From the NCBI GenBank assembly GCA_964106915.2, contig OZ066926.1: 64,000 nucleotides of DNA; one strand, given 5' to 3'. Of this stretch, positions 63,453-64,000 are shown one piece after another. The notes under the pieces were generated by a model. The model did not search any database, was not told where the DNA came from, and was given only the letters and a program-made list of their open reading frames with translations. The DNA comes from Podarcis gaigeae. Lineage: Eukaryota. The position numbers and the translations under genes were made by a program. Every line of letters begins with the position of its first letter. Position 1 is the first letter of the stretch.

Positions 63453-63710
63453 TGTTAAGTTGTGGGTGAACATATCAGACGACACAGCGATTCTTCAAAC
63501 AGCTCTTGTTTATTCAGAGGCCAGAATAGAACTGAACTGAAGGGTTCAGTCAGCCCGCTTATATAGAGCTCCAGTACAACGTAACTGTAACAACATTTTG
63601 TAACTATCCAATCACTGAATGTTACTTTCGATCCCTTATTTGCATATGTGGACCTGAACTATCTACAGTATCCCCCTGCTGGCTCAGGGTGAGAACTTCA
63701 GTACATAACA
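63453..63710 (-). mobile_element. Solo LTR
   Basis: TGTTA...TAACA termini; 5-bp TSD CTTTG on both sides; minus-strand TATATAA and AATAAA in U3-R order. Confidence 0.85.
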
Positions 63711-63895
63711 CTTTGCTTACTTTGGAATGTAGTGTCAGCTCTTTTTAATTTTATTTGCTAAAATGCAGTTGGGGTACACTTTCAGCCCTCGAAAACTGAG
63801 CAGAAACAGGTGCCGCCTCTTTGTGATGAATGGAGCAAAACCTTCTTTTCCCCTCCTCTTTCTGCCCTTCTCTCTGTCCACCCACTTCCCTCAAG

Positions 63896-63983
63896 AAGCC
63901 TCCAGCATCCAAACATATTGCAATGCCTTGGTCTGTGCACAGAGACCATCCCTTTCCTGCTCATCATGGAATTCTGCCAGCTG
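63896..63983 (+). CDS. LMTK3: LMTK3 exon 6 (gene continues past the window)
   Basis: [29 protein letters not shown]; donor GTAAGT. Confidence 0.95.
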
Positions 63984-64000
63984 GTAAGTATCCTTAAGCC

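Overview
Vertebrate genomic DNA from a squamate, probably a lacertid lizard. This is inferred from several Sauria-type SINEs with (ACCTTT)n tails, plus CR1, L2, L1 and Bov-B fragments. Genes from left to right: (1) the promoter and long non-coding first exon of an unidentified minus-strand gene (donor at 886); (2) a two-exon, divergent SOCS3-like gene on + (CpG-island promoter with twin TTCCAGGAA STAT sites near 30.0-30.5 kb, donor 31000, acceptor 37935, CDS 37987-38601); (3) a complete RPS9 (uS4) gene on - (5 exons, 194 aa, TCT/TOP promoter); (4) the first six coding exons of LMTK3 on +. Best leads: the SOCS3 paralogue, which has a SOCS1-like KIR, no PEST insert, a canonical LPVP Cul5 box, an N-terminal CWCC cluster and a uORF at the exon junction, and is linked to LMTK3 as expected of a whole-genome-duplication copy; and a structured hairpin beside a cryptic donor in RPS9 intron 4 that defines a candidate NMD poison exon for autoregulation. 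All calls come from reading the sequence; no searches were run.
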